Below, piece by piece: positions 26,945-40,500 of a stretch of DNA of 64,000 nucleotides (its first letter is position 1; the number at the start of each line of letters is the position of its first letter). The position numbers and the translations under genes were made by a program. Below the pieces are notes generated by a model. That model was not told where the DNA came from, did no database searches, and worked only from the letters and a program-made list of their open reading frames with translations. Source of the DNA: Azolla caroliniana (taxonomy: Eukaryota; Plantae; Polypodiophyta); NCBI GenBank assembly GCA_043228905.1, contig JBHGNT010000001.1, positions 5,890,001 to 5,954,000 on the forward strand. The letters run 5' to 3'.

Positions 26945-27745
26945 CTAAAAAGCCATCACACCCTTGGCTAAACACAAATGCATAATCAGAAAACAATCAG
27001 GGAATGTGCTTATAACATGTTCTTTGCTAGACTTGGAGTGTGGGCTATAGTTGTATAGTTGATCAAGACGTTTCTTGTTTGGCCAATTAAATATCTATTG
27101 GAATGTAAGATTAAGATGTTCACCAATCAATCTTGATATGTATGTAGAGATAAAATTCCATCATGAATGATAACCCTGTTGGGAAGTCGGTCCCTCTGGA
27201 TGGGATCCGGTTATGAATGAAGAGGACCCGGTGAGAACCAGATCGGATGGACCTGGTTAGAAGCGGAAGAGAAGACATATTTGTAAATATGTTTTGAGTA
27301 AGCCTATTGAGGCTATATTTGTAAATATCTGTAACTTCTTATGAGTATAAATATGAACTAGGGCAATCACAGAAGTTAGGTTGTTGTCATATTGTTGTAT
27401 GTGCATAACTGTTTTATAGAGAGTGAGAGATACAAAGCAATACTCTGTTGTAACCGCTTGGCGAAGATACAGCGCTCGAGGTTGTTGCCTCCGAGTCTCT
27501 GATTGTACCTTCCTTATATAGTGATAGTTTGGAGTCTGTGGGCTCCCGTAGTTTTTCCCAATCAGGGTTTTCCATGTAAACATCATGTGTACTCTCTATT
27601 GTTTGTGTGTGTACGTGCGTTCTCTCCCCACTTCCCATTTCTGTGTTTGATTCTCATTGAAGTGATTCAAGACTCGGTTGTGGTCGAGCAATATTCCACA
27701 CTATTTTCTTTCAAACCCAACATGCTTGATTAAAATTACCTTCAT
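26945..27745 (-). pseudogene. Truncated duplicate of LAZY exons 1-2 (possible 51-aa peptide)
   Basis: ATGAAG|gtaatt at 27740-27745; acceptor kept; exon 2 copy starts at 27094 (IFNWPNKKRLDQLYNYSPHSKSSKEHV) and reads through the junction to TAG at 26945-26947. Confidence 0.75.
27177..27713 (+). mobile_element. Solo LTR with 5-bp TSD AACCC in intron 1 of the duplicated LAZY fragment
   Basis: TGTTGGGAAG...TTTCA; AACCC at 27172-27176 and 27714-27718; empty site (gataacccaacatg) present in unit 1 at ~15513-15526. Confidence 0.95.
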
Positions 27746-30163
27746 TTTGATATTATTGACTCAATTGCAATCTAATATTGCACTTCTAGAGTACAATATG
27801 TGCTTCTACACTATTGGATAGAGTTTGACGAAATAATCTTCAATTATTAGACACCTCAAACCTTCATAAGTGGTATACTCAATAGATCTAAAAACCTTAT
27901 GCCACACATGCTCTAGCTATATAGGACATCTTGGTCCATGTTTATTAATTGAATTTCCATTTTTAGGATATTGGAATGTGGCCTATCAAGTCTGGTAAAG
28001 GCATTTATCCTCAACTAAATTTTTGAAAGAAGAAGTTAGCAAGCATCATACACACCATACAAGATTTTAGAGCGTGTTGGCATGTTTATCACGACAGAAG
28101 AACATTCTGACCAAGATGTTGACATGTCATTTCTTCCAAAAGGTACCTTTATTGTGGTGTGATAAAAAAAGAATGATAAGAATATTAAATTTTCCATTGT
28201 TCATCCTATGCACAAAGTGTCACCGATAGACACTTCTGAAAAATCAACTAACCGTAGTAGAGATGAAGAGATTCTCCAAATATTATTGTGACCCCAATAA
28301 AAACCCCTTTCCAATTAACAAGAACATATAAATTGGGTTGGTTTTTTAAAGACTTATGCACTCTAGTGTGAAAGTGGAGCCAATTATCCTCTTAGAGTGT
28401 ACTATATGATATGGCATTGTGTCATATATTGTGCATCTATCCAAACACAAGTATCGGTAAATTCTCATCTAATCTTATTTCATTAAGTTTCTGCCATTTC
28501 CACATGGTGTTGTACAAAGTTTGCATTTTGTGTTTTTGCACATGAATATCATTAATTTATAAGTTGTTTTTTATCATCACTTAAGCCTTTGTCCTCTACT
28601 ATTTGGCATCACACTTATACATGGAAAGGAATTCTAATCTATGCACACGATTCTGTATATATCCCTAGCATAATAATTTGCACTTCTTTACGTACAAGAG
28701 ATAAGAACTTTGCGCGAGTACAAACTAAATAAGCTCATCATGACATAAGTTAACTTAAGTCATAAATGTCAACAAAGAGGATCCTAAGAAAGGTACTCAA
28801 CGCTAAGAAATTCAAACTTGTCATTACAAGCTCATTAAATTATAGCTTGTCATCAATTTCAAAGAAAAAAAAGGGAACATTGAAATTAGAGAACAAGATT
28901 TAACATAACAAACTAAAGAAATTATTTCTAGCATATGTCTGAACTTTAGGAAAAGGTTTACAAATGGGATCCTAAGAAAGGGACTCAACACACGTATCAG
29001 TTATATAAACCAACCATTATATTGGTTGATGAATTCTATATTTTGGAAACTACTTCAAAACAAACACTTGTTTTCATAAGCAACATTTATAATGAGTAGG
29101 TGGCCACCATCATGTTGGGATTAGAAGCACACAATAGTAGAAGAAATAATAAAATATGAACAATAAATGACTTGGCTATAATAAGTACAATGAAATTATA
29201 ATAGAGTAATACCCTAAACATGCTAGAATCATGTTTGTTTTTTAAAAGAATAATTACTTATATCCGATAAGAACATACCAGTAGCAACCTAGAGACAATT
29301 CATTTGACCTAGGAGGCCATCCTCTTGTCTATAGTATGTCCAAGTTCCAATGCATGAAGGGGTGACGGCCCCATGGTCCTTATCAAATAGTGGTCTCAAT
29401 CAACTATGCATACAATCCAAGATATTTTAGAATAATACCGTCCATAGTTTATGTGAGAATTGTATGCCATGGTTGTTATGTTAGGGCTTTGATGACCCAT
29501 GGTCATATTTTCTAAGAATAAGTGTTCAAAGTTAGTTATAAAAGCCCAAGGATCATAAACACTTTAAGCTTCTAGAATAAGACTTATCGTACATAGCAAA
29601 ACAAAATTCTTTTAATTGTAGCGTCCCATTACAATGATTAAAAATTAGAAAATGTAATTGAATTATACTCCCATGAACTATTTACAAAAAAAAAAAGCAA
29701 AAAAAATTGGATATCTCAGCTTGGCCCATCATACAACGATGTACATAGTAAATGTCATGGGTTCAGGTTTATTGTCTTTGAACCTCTCCAAGATCATATT
29801 GATGATAACATTTACCCATGTCCTTGATCCTCTTTCCAACACCATATTGATGACAACATTAATATGCTAAGATAAACATATAAGTAACAAGGATTTGTCA
29901 ATGGAGTAAATTGCATATAAGGAACACAAGACCATGATGCTTACCTCCTTCCGGCAATCTAGTGTTGCATCATCTCCCTAGATGTTCTAGCTTTATTATT
30001 TAATTCCACATATGTGGACTATAAATTAACCCCATGTTTTAGCCTAAGCACATATATATACAGTTTTCAAGTTGGGGCAACCATTTTCTTACATTAATCC
30101 CCTATGGCTAGATGTTCTGCTCTTGGAAAACAAATCTAGGAAATATTTTATTGTGTATGGGAG

Positions 30164-30525
30164 ATGGATTCTATGAGTTTTTCACTCCCACTCTCACAAA
30201 CTCTATTGGGTTTATCTATTGATGAATCAAATGGTGTACCTGTTTGTAATGCAAGAAATCATGAAGCAGTTACCACTGGAAATCTAGATATCATGCTTTT
30301 GTTCAATATAGACCATGTGGTGCTTTTTATAAATACTTACGTAACAATGAAGACTATGAACATATTGGAAAACTTTTGTATGCACAATAAGTTGAGTATC
30401 CATAGCTCCAAATTAAAGGTTATGCTCATGAAGACTTACAAAAGGATAAGCTATATAGTTTGTCCAATAATAAGCCCCACTTGAAACCGTAGAAAGCTTC
30501 GAATATCTTGGGTTTGGGGTTTCCT
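30164..30525 (+). mobile_element. Degenerate LINE RT fragment
   Basis: IMLLFNIDHVVL...LENFCMHNKLSIHSSKLKVM...ETVESFEYLG resembles non-LTR RT domains 5-7. Confidence 0.55.
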
Positions 30526-31549
30526 CAAGTGAATTTTTCTGGATCAAGTTAAACTTTTTATTTAAATATTCTCTCCCTTTTACACGCTTTCTTTCTCTAA
30601 ATCTCTATCTTTCAATCTAGTCTCTAACTCTTGACATTTCACATGTAAATTATGAGTATGTGGTATTGTTTTTTAGTTTTTTTATCCAAAAAAACACTAC
30701 TTCGCATTAGTTAGCAAACCAAATACAACAATGTTCAACTCGAATCCACAATGGAATAAGTATATACAACACAAAGGAACAACTCCAAAACCAACAAAAC
30801 TCATGTGGCACATATCCCCAACAAAACTTAAACAAACCCCAGTTTACACTATCTCTACTCATCTTTTATAATCTATACCTACATATTTACATCCCATGTA
30901 CCATATTGGGAGCCATCGGCGGAAACAACTACCTAGGCACCTAATATTTCCACTTAGGCCTCGTCAAATATTTGATCATCATGGGAGAACCACCCCATTT
31001 CAGCGAGAACTTAGACCTTGCCCTTTCTGCTTCATCTGATTCCCCCTAAATTGAGTCATACCGTCCACGCAGCCAGGCCACTAGCTCAAACCAGATATTT
31101 AGCATCACCTCACCACAAACAAACTTATAGCTCCTGGTCCAAATGTGTCAGATCGACAAGCACACCACCATAAGCCAAATCTCCTCAAAAGATTTAGAAT
31201 TTTTTCCAAGTCTCACCCCATCACATAGGAACACGCTACCACTCTCCACTATATAATCCATGTCCTTGTGGGTTTAACTATTCTACCCAGCCTTCTCCAT
31301 TTAGGGTCAAACCTTGTATGGAACCCCACACAACATTCCCATTCACACCGCATGTTGCCACAATTCTAAGGCTTCTATTCCAAATGCATCAAAATAGTAA
31401 TAGTATGTGTTTGTTTGATACATAAAAAATGTATCAATCATTTATAAAAATTTGCCTAGTAAACCACTCTCTCCATCTCTAATGAATATTATCAAACTAG
31501 GAGATCCCTAAAGCAAGGTGGTAAGGAGGTTGAACGATCTCTTTGTTCC

Positions 31550-31982
31550 TAACAGTCGGCAATGGTTCGGTTTGAACCGAACCAAACTGTGAAACCACGG
31601 CGTAACTGTTTTTCTAAACGGTTCAGTTCGGTTTCCACAATTCGAAATTGCGGTTTAAATAGTTTAACGAGTTTTTTTATAATTATTTTTAAAAATTTTA
31701 AAAATTGTTTTTAACAATCTTTTCATTTTCAAGCCTTATTCTCACATTTTAGGAAAATTTTGAAAATTTTGAAAAAATTTAAAATAATGAAATTTTTTAA
31801 AATTGAATTTTGACCTAAGTTGAAACCGAAACCGAACCACGAAACCGCGGTTTTTAACGATTTAATTAAGGGATTGAAATTGTTTTTAATAGTTTCATGG
31901 TTCAGTTCGGTTTAGTTTATGTTTCAAAAAAATTAAACGGTTCAGTTTTGACCCTCTCAAACCAAACTGTTGTTGATTGTTA
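31550..31982. mobile_element. hAT-type MITE (paralogue of 18186-18672), TSD TTTGTTCC
   Basis: Same TIRs and TSD (31542-31549, 31983-31990), so it predates the duplication. Confidence 0.85.
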
Positions 31983-34381
31983 TTTGTTCCATCAATTCAT
32001 AAATAAAAAATATTTCTACATTCATTTCGAAGAATACAAATGATTACATGTTGTAAAGAGTTGCTAAATTTTACAATTTTGGCATACACATATTTGTGTG
32101 GTAATATGTGTATGCCTATCTTTCATAAGGTTTCTAGTATTAAGATGTTGATTATTATGAGTGATATCCCTAAAAAACTTTCATGATGATTCTTCATGTG
32201 ATCATTTGTAAACAATGTTAGGCTCATTCGCTCATGTATATTGTTTTAGATGTATTTCCAATGTTTGCATTACCAACAAAATACCTTGTTTGCAATAACA
32301 ATTATATATATTTAAGAATTTGTTATATATCTCCTATTTTATTTATATGTCTTGCAATACCTTGATTGACCTAGAAACTTTGGGGGTAGTTTTGTTCAAA
32401 AGACCATGTAAACATAGATTATGGTTATTTTTATAGGCTCTTTATTATTATTGACCCTTTTTTATTTAAAGGTTACTACTTAATCAAATTTTGTCACTTT
32501 ACACACATAGACCTTTTCTGCCCCATATCTTGCTTAGTCAACATCAGGCACTCGACTACTAATTGTCCACACTTGCCCCAAAGCAAAATTTGTAAATCCA
32601 ACCTTCACCCAACAAATAATATGAGGACAACATGGTCGCTTGATTTTATTGTGACTTCCAACATGATGTGTTCAACACTCCTGAGTATTATGTTTCCATT
32701 CCATTGAAACATTGCCTATAGATTATATCAATATTCAATGCCAAACTCGCCAATACAATGATACAATGAACGAACCCACAATCTTGAGTATTTTGGATTG
32801 ATGACTTCCACAATCCACAAACATAACTTAATTAATTGGGACATTTATCCATTTTGGCTAGATGACTTCCACGTAACTAGTTTTGATCACCCCCTCGTAT
32901 TGATCAAGGATGTCACAATCTACACCAACTAATATGCATGTCATTTTTCTATAGTAGTTACAGGCCTCATGGAAATTGAGGCCTAGTTGGTTCTCCACAC
33001 AGTACTACAAATGTTGCAATTAACAATGGCGAGCCAATCAACAAATAGAGGAAGACATGCACTTGTACAAAAGTTGCAACAAATTTTCAAGAATCAATAA
33101 GCCCACTAAAGAGGTTAGAATGTAGCATCAAGTAGCTCTTTCTCTAAAACTACTCCAAAAATGGGACCTCAAATTTGCTATGCCACTCAACCCACGAGCT
33201 GCATATTGCCTTAGGCCGACCAAAATTCTCATATGTATACCTCATGTAACAATATGGAAAGACAAATTAATTAAGAGTATTGTTATTAATAGTCGATTTG
33301 ATCTCATGTACCTCTATTTAATCAAGTATTGATGTTCAATAATTGTTACTCATGTATATGTTTATTGCTTACTTATCAAAGGATCCCCCCCACCTCTAGA
33401 CATAAGTATGTTTTAGATACATACTCTCTTTACTACCTAGGTTCCCATACCACCCACTCCTACAATTGTTCTTAGTTATAGTGATCACCTATTGATCATT
33501 GAGACCTTCCCACATTTAGATCCCATTGATTGTTCAATAGTTGTTGCTCATGTATATGTTTATTACATAATTGTACCCTCTTTACTACCTAGGTTCCCAT
33601 ACAAGGCATATCAACCCCAAACATGGTAGATTGTTGCATGTTAACCCCAATATGGTATAGATCACGGCTTCTACTACATGATTTTCATATTTAGAAGACA
33701 AAATCCGAAAACTGAAAAGCCATCAAATCCCTGGCTAAACACAAATGCATAATCAGAAAACAGTCAGGGACTGCGCTTATAACTCAAATATAGCAGAGGC
33801 TAGTATTGAAGATCAAAACATAACCTACACCAGAACCATACTATGGTGGTTGGATCATTTTACCAATGGTATAACCAAGCTTAAACTACCCCTATGAATA
33901 AAATTATTCATCTTTCGTAAAATGATCTAGAAGGTTTTGGAAAACATACTTAGAAGACATTAGCACAACATGATTTTTCATCTCAATTAAGTGAAGGGGT
34001 CTGTTTGCAAACCAGCAATAGTTCTATTTCTAGACTTTAGTTTTGCCACAATTCAGAGACAGATTGGAAAACAAGACATATGCTCAACAAGAATAGAGCA
34101 GAATTAGCATTTGAAAGGATGCAATTGGTGAAATCAAATAAATAAATCCAAACAAGGTCATTACACTAGTAAATACATGCAAGTACGATACATACCTAAA
34201 AATCTGTGGAAAAAATAAAGACATGGATAGTAAAGAAATCAAAATCGTTTCATTTTCAAAATCTTGGTAGAAGAACTTTCTAATAAAATCGCTAGAATAT
34301 TTAGCCATATTTCTATATGTAACATATAATACAGGTAAGATACATCTCATACGAAATGAAGAACTACAAAGGATAGATACG

Positions 34382-34559
34382 TTAAAAAGCTTCTCGCCAA
34401 AACCGCACCGAACGATCCATTCCACAAGTAATGAATGCTGATTCACTAGGGGAATGCTCTAACCACCTTGGAGCACCGTTGTGGCCAGACTGCCACCTTG
34501 ATGATATTTCACCAGTAAGAGCATCCCATGCCACAATCTGGTGAATATAAATAAATATA

Positions 34560-34594
<35 letters not shown>

Positions 34595-37500
34595 TGTATG
34601 TATATCAATAATTCTCAGCCATAAAACAAATATAAAATCTCCGCAATGCAACAAAATTATAAATTTCAGCATTATAAAAATATATATCTACATTTTTGTT
34701 TTGGTACACGCTTAGATAATTTTGTCACATACTATCTTTTCTTGTTAATTTTTTGACAAAAAATCTCAGCATGTAACAAATAATAATGAGTGTCAGCATG
34801 TTTAAAGACAATGGGAACAAAACTATCGCCAGAGTATCAGCAAACAACGCCAAGAACTCACCTCGCTACTAATTTCATCGGTGCAGAGAACAAATTCTTC
34901 GGTATGACTGAAAATGGCCTTTAGAATAAACAAAAGCATTAGAACACTCAAAATAGTATCAGTTCTTTTGAAAATAAATATCATCCCAAAACAATATTCA
35001 CCTGGCAATGCAATTGGATATGCTGGGCCCCCAAATACTGCTTCACTTGCTTACCATTCCCTACATCCCAAAGACGCACCGCAGAATCTTTTCCACATGA
35101 AAGAATATACCTGTACATGTCAAGAGTAACAATGTTGCACAGGACTCATTAAGAGAAAATTTGAACTTTGAAAGGCTCTTCTAAAAATTGCATTACATGC
35201 ATACATGGTGCTCAATGAAACATTATGATGTCAACATTCATTTGAAAAAGCTTGAATAAGGCGATCAGAGAATCTCGAACTTTGTTCAAATCAGAGTTTG
35301 TTTGAGACATATAAGCTTTTCTTCTAGAAAGTGACAAATATAAAAAGAGCACCATTTATAACCATCAACCTCTCTCTTATTAGTGGCCCATTCTTAGAAA
35401 TCACTTAAGCAAAGGGCATTTCATGGCCCAAACCTTTCTTAATGAAGTAGACAAAGACAAACGTGGTTACCTTTGATCTTTGGTAAAACGAGCACTTGTT
35501 GCTTCAGAGGAGCCATGTGCCAATTCAATAGCTCGGACACAAGATCCAGAAACACCGTCCCATATACGAATACCTCCATCTTTGCTTGCTGTGACATACA
35601 TTCCTCCAGTAGCAGAATAGCGAACCTGTATAGTTTTAAGATAATCCCTCAGCATTTTTTCCTTGATATTCCAACATCAAAACCAGATGTCAATTCAAAT
35701 ACTCATCCACTCTCAATAGACACTGGGTTTTCATCCAACTAAAGTTCATACATTAAAAAAATATATGTTGCCTATATAAAAGAAGGTTTATTTGGAAATT
35801 TTAGATATCAATTTCCTAAAGCATTAATGAATATGTTTTCAAGATAAGCATAAAGTAAAAACTTATTTAGGTCTTTTTATACCAAATACTGTAAAGTTAA
35901 GCACATTATATTTAGACAGTCAAAATGGTATATTGAGAAAGAAAAAACAACCCCCTAATTTTTCCAAATTTGAGCTATAACCCTCTTTTCCCTTCAAATT
36001 CAGAGATAAACCTTGAAGGCTAGCATAGGTTTACAAAACAAAATCAGTGCTGTGTCCACTTTCCTATAGCAGATCTGTATACATTGAGATATCAACATCT
36101 CCATATATTTTTACGTTGAAGGCTAGGATGAAAAATGCAAAAGAATGAGGTTTACAGTTCTAATTTCTGATATAAACCAAGGATTATGCATCTTTCAAAA
36201 TCAAGTCTAATCCATTCACCATATCTAAGCATGATTACACTTACCTGAAGTAAAAGACAAAACAAGAACAGTGATACCTGATTAATTGCGTCATTTATTT
36301 GCCCCTCCTGAATAGATGAGGACAGATAGCATTGAAAGGTATTAACATCATAGAGATGAGGGACAGGATGATCAGTGCCTGCAATATACAATATGTCAAG
36401 AACCAGAATTTGCATCACTTATGCATAATACTCTATTGATTAGAAAAGGTAGTGCCGTTCATTTTTTTACTGTATCATTTAAGGGATTGATCAAAGAGAT
36501 GGAGAATGGGTTATTTTCAGGGATAATTGGAGGCTGCTATTTCTGCGTACACTACTTACATGACTTTAGAAATCCAACGTAAAAGTGTTCACGGAGTTTT
36601 ATGCCAACAATATCTGATTACTAAGATTCACAATGTCATCAAACGTTTAGTTGAAGCATTCTCCATTCAATATAGACCAATAATTTTTGTTGTCTTCTGA
36701 TATACCATACACCTCTACTAGAATATAGATCCACAGATGTATAATCTTATACAAAATATCGTGAACAAGATAGAGGTATAAAGAGTTTTACTGCACCTTA
36801 ATTTGGCTTACATGTTTAGTTTGTTATGTCAACTATATCTAATAATAGAATACTAGAATATAGATCCATGGGTGTATAATCTTATACACAATATTGCGAC
36901 AAGATAGAACTATAAAGAGTTTTACTGCACCTTAATTTGTCTTACATGTTTAGTTAGTGTCTGTATCTAATAGTAGAATACTAGAATGAAGATCCATAGA
37001 TGTATAATCTTATACATAATATTGCAACCAAGATAGAACTATAAAGTGTTGAGAATCAATCTCAACTCATGTGAACATGTGCTTATGAAGAAAAGCACAA
37101 TGTGTGAAAAAGTGTGTGAGCACACTTTATTGTAATCATAGTTCTAGCCATACGTCTCAAACGTGTCATACTCATACGTGAATATTCGTATCATACTCCT
37201 ACGTGAAATGGCTCCAAGTATGATTGGAATCCATTCGTCTATATTTTTTTTTATTACTCTAAATTTTATTTTTAAATATGAAAAATAAAAAATAATCAAG
37301 ATTTTTATAGACAAATCGGGAATCAGAAATTAGAAATTAGAATTGATGGAAGATTGCGCCCTGTTCGTTTCGTCCTTCACAGAAAGCTGATTCTCACGAT
37401 TTTCTCCTCACTACTCACTCAGAGCTCTCAATTCTCTACACTCAACTCTCAGTTACGATTCACGAACACTCAGAGCTCTCGATTCTCAACACTCGACTCT

Positions 37501-40500
37501 CAGTTCAGATTCACGAACACTCAGAGCTCTCGACTCTCAGACTCTCAGTCTTGTCACACCTCACAACCCGTCAGAAAAAACCCCCCAAAAAAAAAACGAA
37601 TATCGGGTATCATACACGTACGTTTGCAAACATTCGCGTACATCCAGTAAATTGGACGTACACGAATATTAGGAACTATGATTGTAATCCATGTGAAGAC
37701 CTAGATTGTAATATTCAGTTAGTTGTCAAGTGTAATGTGGTCAAACAACTCGAGTGGATATCTATAAGTAGACTCCACCAACCACATTTAATGCGGCAGT
37801 CCCTTGAGGACTTCTATATAAAACACCCTTGGCCCATTGTGTTCAGTTGATAATCTTTAGCTGATTAACGTAGTTTTCTCTTCCGTGCATAAGTTGTGAT
37901 CCCCCTACTATGTATTTTATTATTTCTGGCTATTTTCTCTTATTCCTTCTGTTGCTCACACCCCCACTCTCACACATGCACTACGATTCTGCATACCCCA
38001 ACTCTACAAGAGTTAGATTCTTTATGCAAAGAGTATTACTGCACCTTAATTTGTCTTACATATTTAGTTTGTTATGGTACTAGCATGGTCAATGGATACA
38101 AACCAGCAAGTAAGAAATCTCCACAAGGATGAAAAGCAACTGAACGAACATTGTGTGTGTCCTGAAAACATCCGAACCAAAATATTATGACGATGGAACT
38201 TTTTTAGAGTATTGAAAATCCTGGTGTATGATACCTGTATAACACGAAACGCCCGCTTAGCAGCTGTTTTGGCAAAGTCAAAAAACCTGCAAATGTTATT
38301 TGGACCTTAGATATAAAAAGATTGATCACATCTGATTATAAAAACTAGAAAAAACCCATAGTCCATGTGGTTGTGTGAGATGCTGAAGGTAATAGTTATT
38401 AAAAGCTTCCTCATGCAGCATTGTATAACAGAATTACTTTAATATGGGATAGTAAGCCTTACATCTAGGTAAAATGGGATATAAACCGTAGAAATAGGAT
38501 TTGCATCCCATGGTTGAAATTCATATTGTAGCACCACAATACATACTTGATTGTCCGATCTTTTGCTCCAGATATTAATACAGCAGATTGAGGATGAAAA
38601 TCCAGATCATTAATTGGCTGCAGAGAAGCATGTGTGTTCAGGAACAAATCAAATGCAGCTCTTATTGTCTGGATTCTTACTCACTAATCATTGCATACAT
38701 ATACTGAGTAACGATGGGGATACCTGCATATGGTCGTAGAAGGTTCGGATCACTGGCCGAACAGGCCCTTCTCGTGCTCCATTATCTGTCATCAACATTT
38801 GCCGAATTTTGTCGACCTAAACCTTGAATAAATACACTCTGTCAAGAGGCTTACCTCATTCATAACATTGTCAAAAACATAAAGTATCATTGCAGGGCAT
38901 GATTATCCAAGCAGGAATTTATCTGGTATATCCTCCCATACATCAGGCATGTCCAAATTAGTTTTTTAGTGTTCAACCTCCAAATGTATACTCTTTAATA
39001 CAAACCATCACTTTAAGAAAGAACATGCATGCTAGTTTTACAGAATTTTTCTCCTGCATTAATTGTGCACTTATAGTAACTTGGTATGCGCTCCACTTGG
39101 ACACCCAACTGCATATTCTTCCTTCTAAAATATCACACCTCAAACAGTTTAATGGACATGTCTGCACTTCCTGTCGCAATAAATCGGCCATCTGGACTAA
39201 AGCGAGCACACCTTGCCACATTCTACAAAATAAAGGAAATTCAATTAAGCATCATAGTGCGACACTTGTCCATCCTTATCATTATTATGATTAAGGTGGC
39301 TTGTCATAATAAGAACATTCAAAGAACCATTAGATCATTAGGAACAAATCACCTTATGCTCTGAAATGTGACGTGTATCATGCTTTGGAAAAGTCTTTGG
39401 AAGGCCTTTTGGTTGTGCTGAACTGCCCCAACACCAATCAGCCACAATAGACAGTACAACACTCAGCATAGCTGCAGAAGTTTCTCAAACAAGAACTGCT
39501 TTGAATGTTTATGCACCTGAAGTCTAATGAATTCAGTGGGAGAATAGGCAATGGTCCATATGAGTAAGTAGTGCCCCCACTTGTTGCTAGATCAATTCCA
39601 GCTGTTGAAATAAAACCTCTAGGATTCTCATCTCTATCTGCTGACATCCCCTGCCATAGAGCGTAAATTTGAAAATAAACAAGAGTTTGTACCTCCCCTT
39701 CCTGAGAAAAAATCTGTGGTTCCCACAAATTTCAAATCCCCAAAAAAATGTATTTATAAACAATACAAGACCAGAACATTACAACACCATCATTACAGGC
39801 AGCTCTCTTATTTATGCTACATACATGGATAGCATATATTGCATCTTTCCTACTTGGCTTAACCTAGAAAATCCACATTCTTTTTGGCATCCAAAACATT
39901 GTTAAGGTCTACTATTGCAGAAATATTCTATACATAAACAATTTATCTCTACATTGTTCTTCCCTCTGCAAATGCTTTCATAAATTTGCAATATCCTTAT
40001 CTACCCAATATATTGTAAACCCTGTGATAATGGCCTTTCAATGACAGTGACAAGATCTTGGTCCTTAGGACCGGGCTCTATGTGCACAAAAAATTGCTGG
40101 TCTTTTGTAAACCCTTTGCATGTCCTGATCGGGATCCCATTTGTGTAGCCCTTGATTGACTTATGGCATGATTAGGAGTGATGGGCTAAAGAAAGTTGTG
40201 CTTGTTTTTTGGTGATGAGCTTGTGTAGTTGTATTGCTGTCATTCAACAACTTCTCCCAACATTTCTTGAGTTCTAGCAAGAAATGCTCCAGGCACTGTT
40301 GGTCCTCATTGGAGAAGTTGTTGAAGGGCAGCTATACTACAATCACACAAGCTCAACAACAAAGAGCAGTTGCAACTTTCTTTAGGTTCATCACTCCTAC
40401 TCTTGCTACAAGTAAATCAAGGAGTACACAAATGATCCTCATATTCCATTGGTTCTTCGAGAGACTGAGAGAAAGAAGAAAGAAATAAGAGATTACATCT

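Larger units (their letters stand above)
15360..27016. repeat. Tandem segmental duplication, unit 1 (LAZY 5' end plus intergenic DNA; carries a Copia/Tcn1 insertion)
   Basis: 15360-19956 and ~26610-27016 are colinear with 27013-33783, about 90-95% identical by eye; junction microhomology TAAC. Confidence 0.92.
27013..33783. repeat. Tandem segmental duplication, unit 2
   Basis: Colinear with unit 1; ends at cttaTAACtcaaata, ~600 bp downstream of the CstF-50 stop codon. Confidence 0.92.
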
